64,000 bases of DNA from NCBI RefSeq assembly GCF_003991155.1, contig NZ_CP031293.1; one strand, written 5' to 3'. Of this stretch, positions 62,466 through 64,000 are shown piece by piece. How positions within the stretch are numbered: the first letter of the stretch is position 1; each line of letters begins with the position of its first letter. The notes under the pieces were generated by a model that was given only the letters and a program-made list of their open reading frames with translations, had not been told where the DNA came from and did no database searches. Position numbers and translations under genes: made by a program. This DNA is from Escherichia coli. Lineage in GTDB: Bacteria > Pseudomonadota > Gammaproteobacteria > Enterobacterales > Enterobacteriaceae.

Positions 62466-64000
<1,535 letters not shown>

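Overview
This window reads as an Escherichia coli chromosomal segment running from the 3' end of cysJ to the 5' part of gshA, in reverse-complement orientation relative to the usual K-12 map. Gene identities rest on my reading of the translated ORFs and recalled protein families; no database search was run. It holds about 60 intact CDSs, mostly core genes in known operons (cysJIH, cysDNC, ispDF-truD-surE-pcm-nlpD-rpoS, mutS, hyp/fhlA, hycA-I, asc, hydN-hypF, norRVW, srl/gut, mltB, recA-recX-alaS, csrA), plus one tRNA-Ser and four tandem tRNA-Arg genes. I found no novel multi-gene system, mobile element or CRISPR array. What stands out is four places where content differs from the K-12 layout as I recall it. 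(1) The cysH-iap interval has no cas genes or CRISPR repeats and instead carries an apparently intact 50-aa Hok/Gef-family toxin gene with hok-type RNA signatures. (2) The rpoS-mutS interval carries a MarR-type regulator and a UbiX/UbiD/small-subunit aromatic-acid decarboxylase module. (3) A tandem-TOBE molbindin gene sits between ygbA and fhlA. (4) A 257-aa predicted exported protein gene follows hycI. The hok locus is the most interesting of these.
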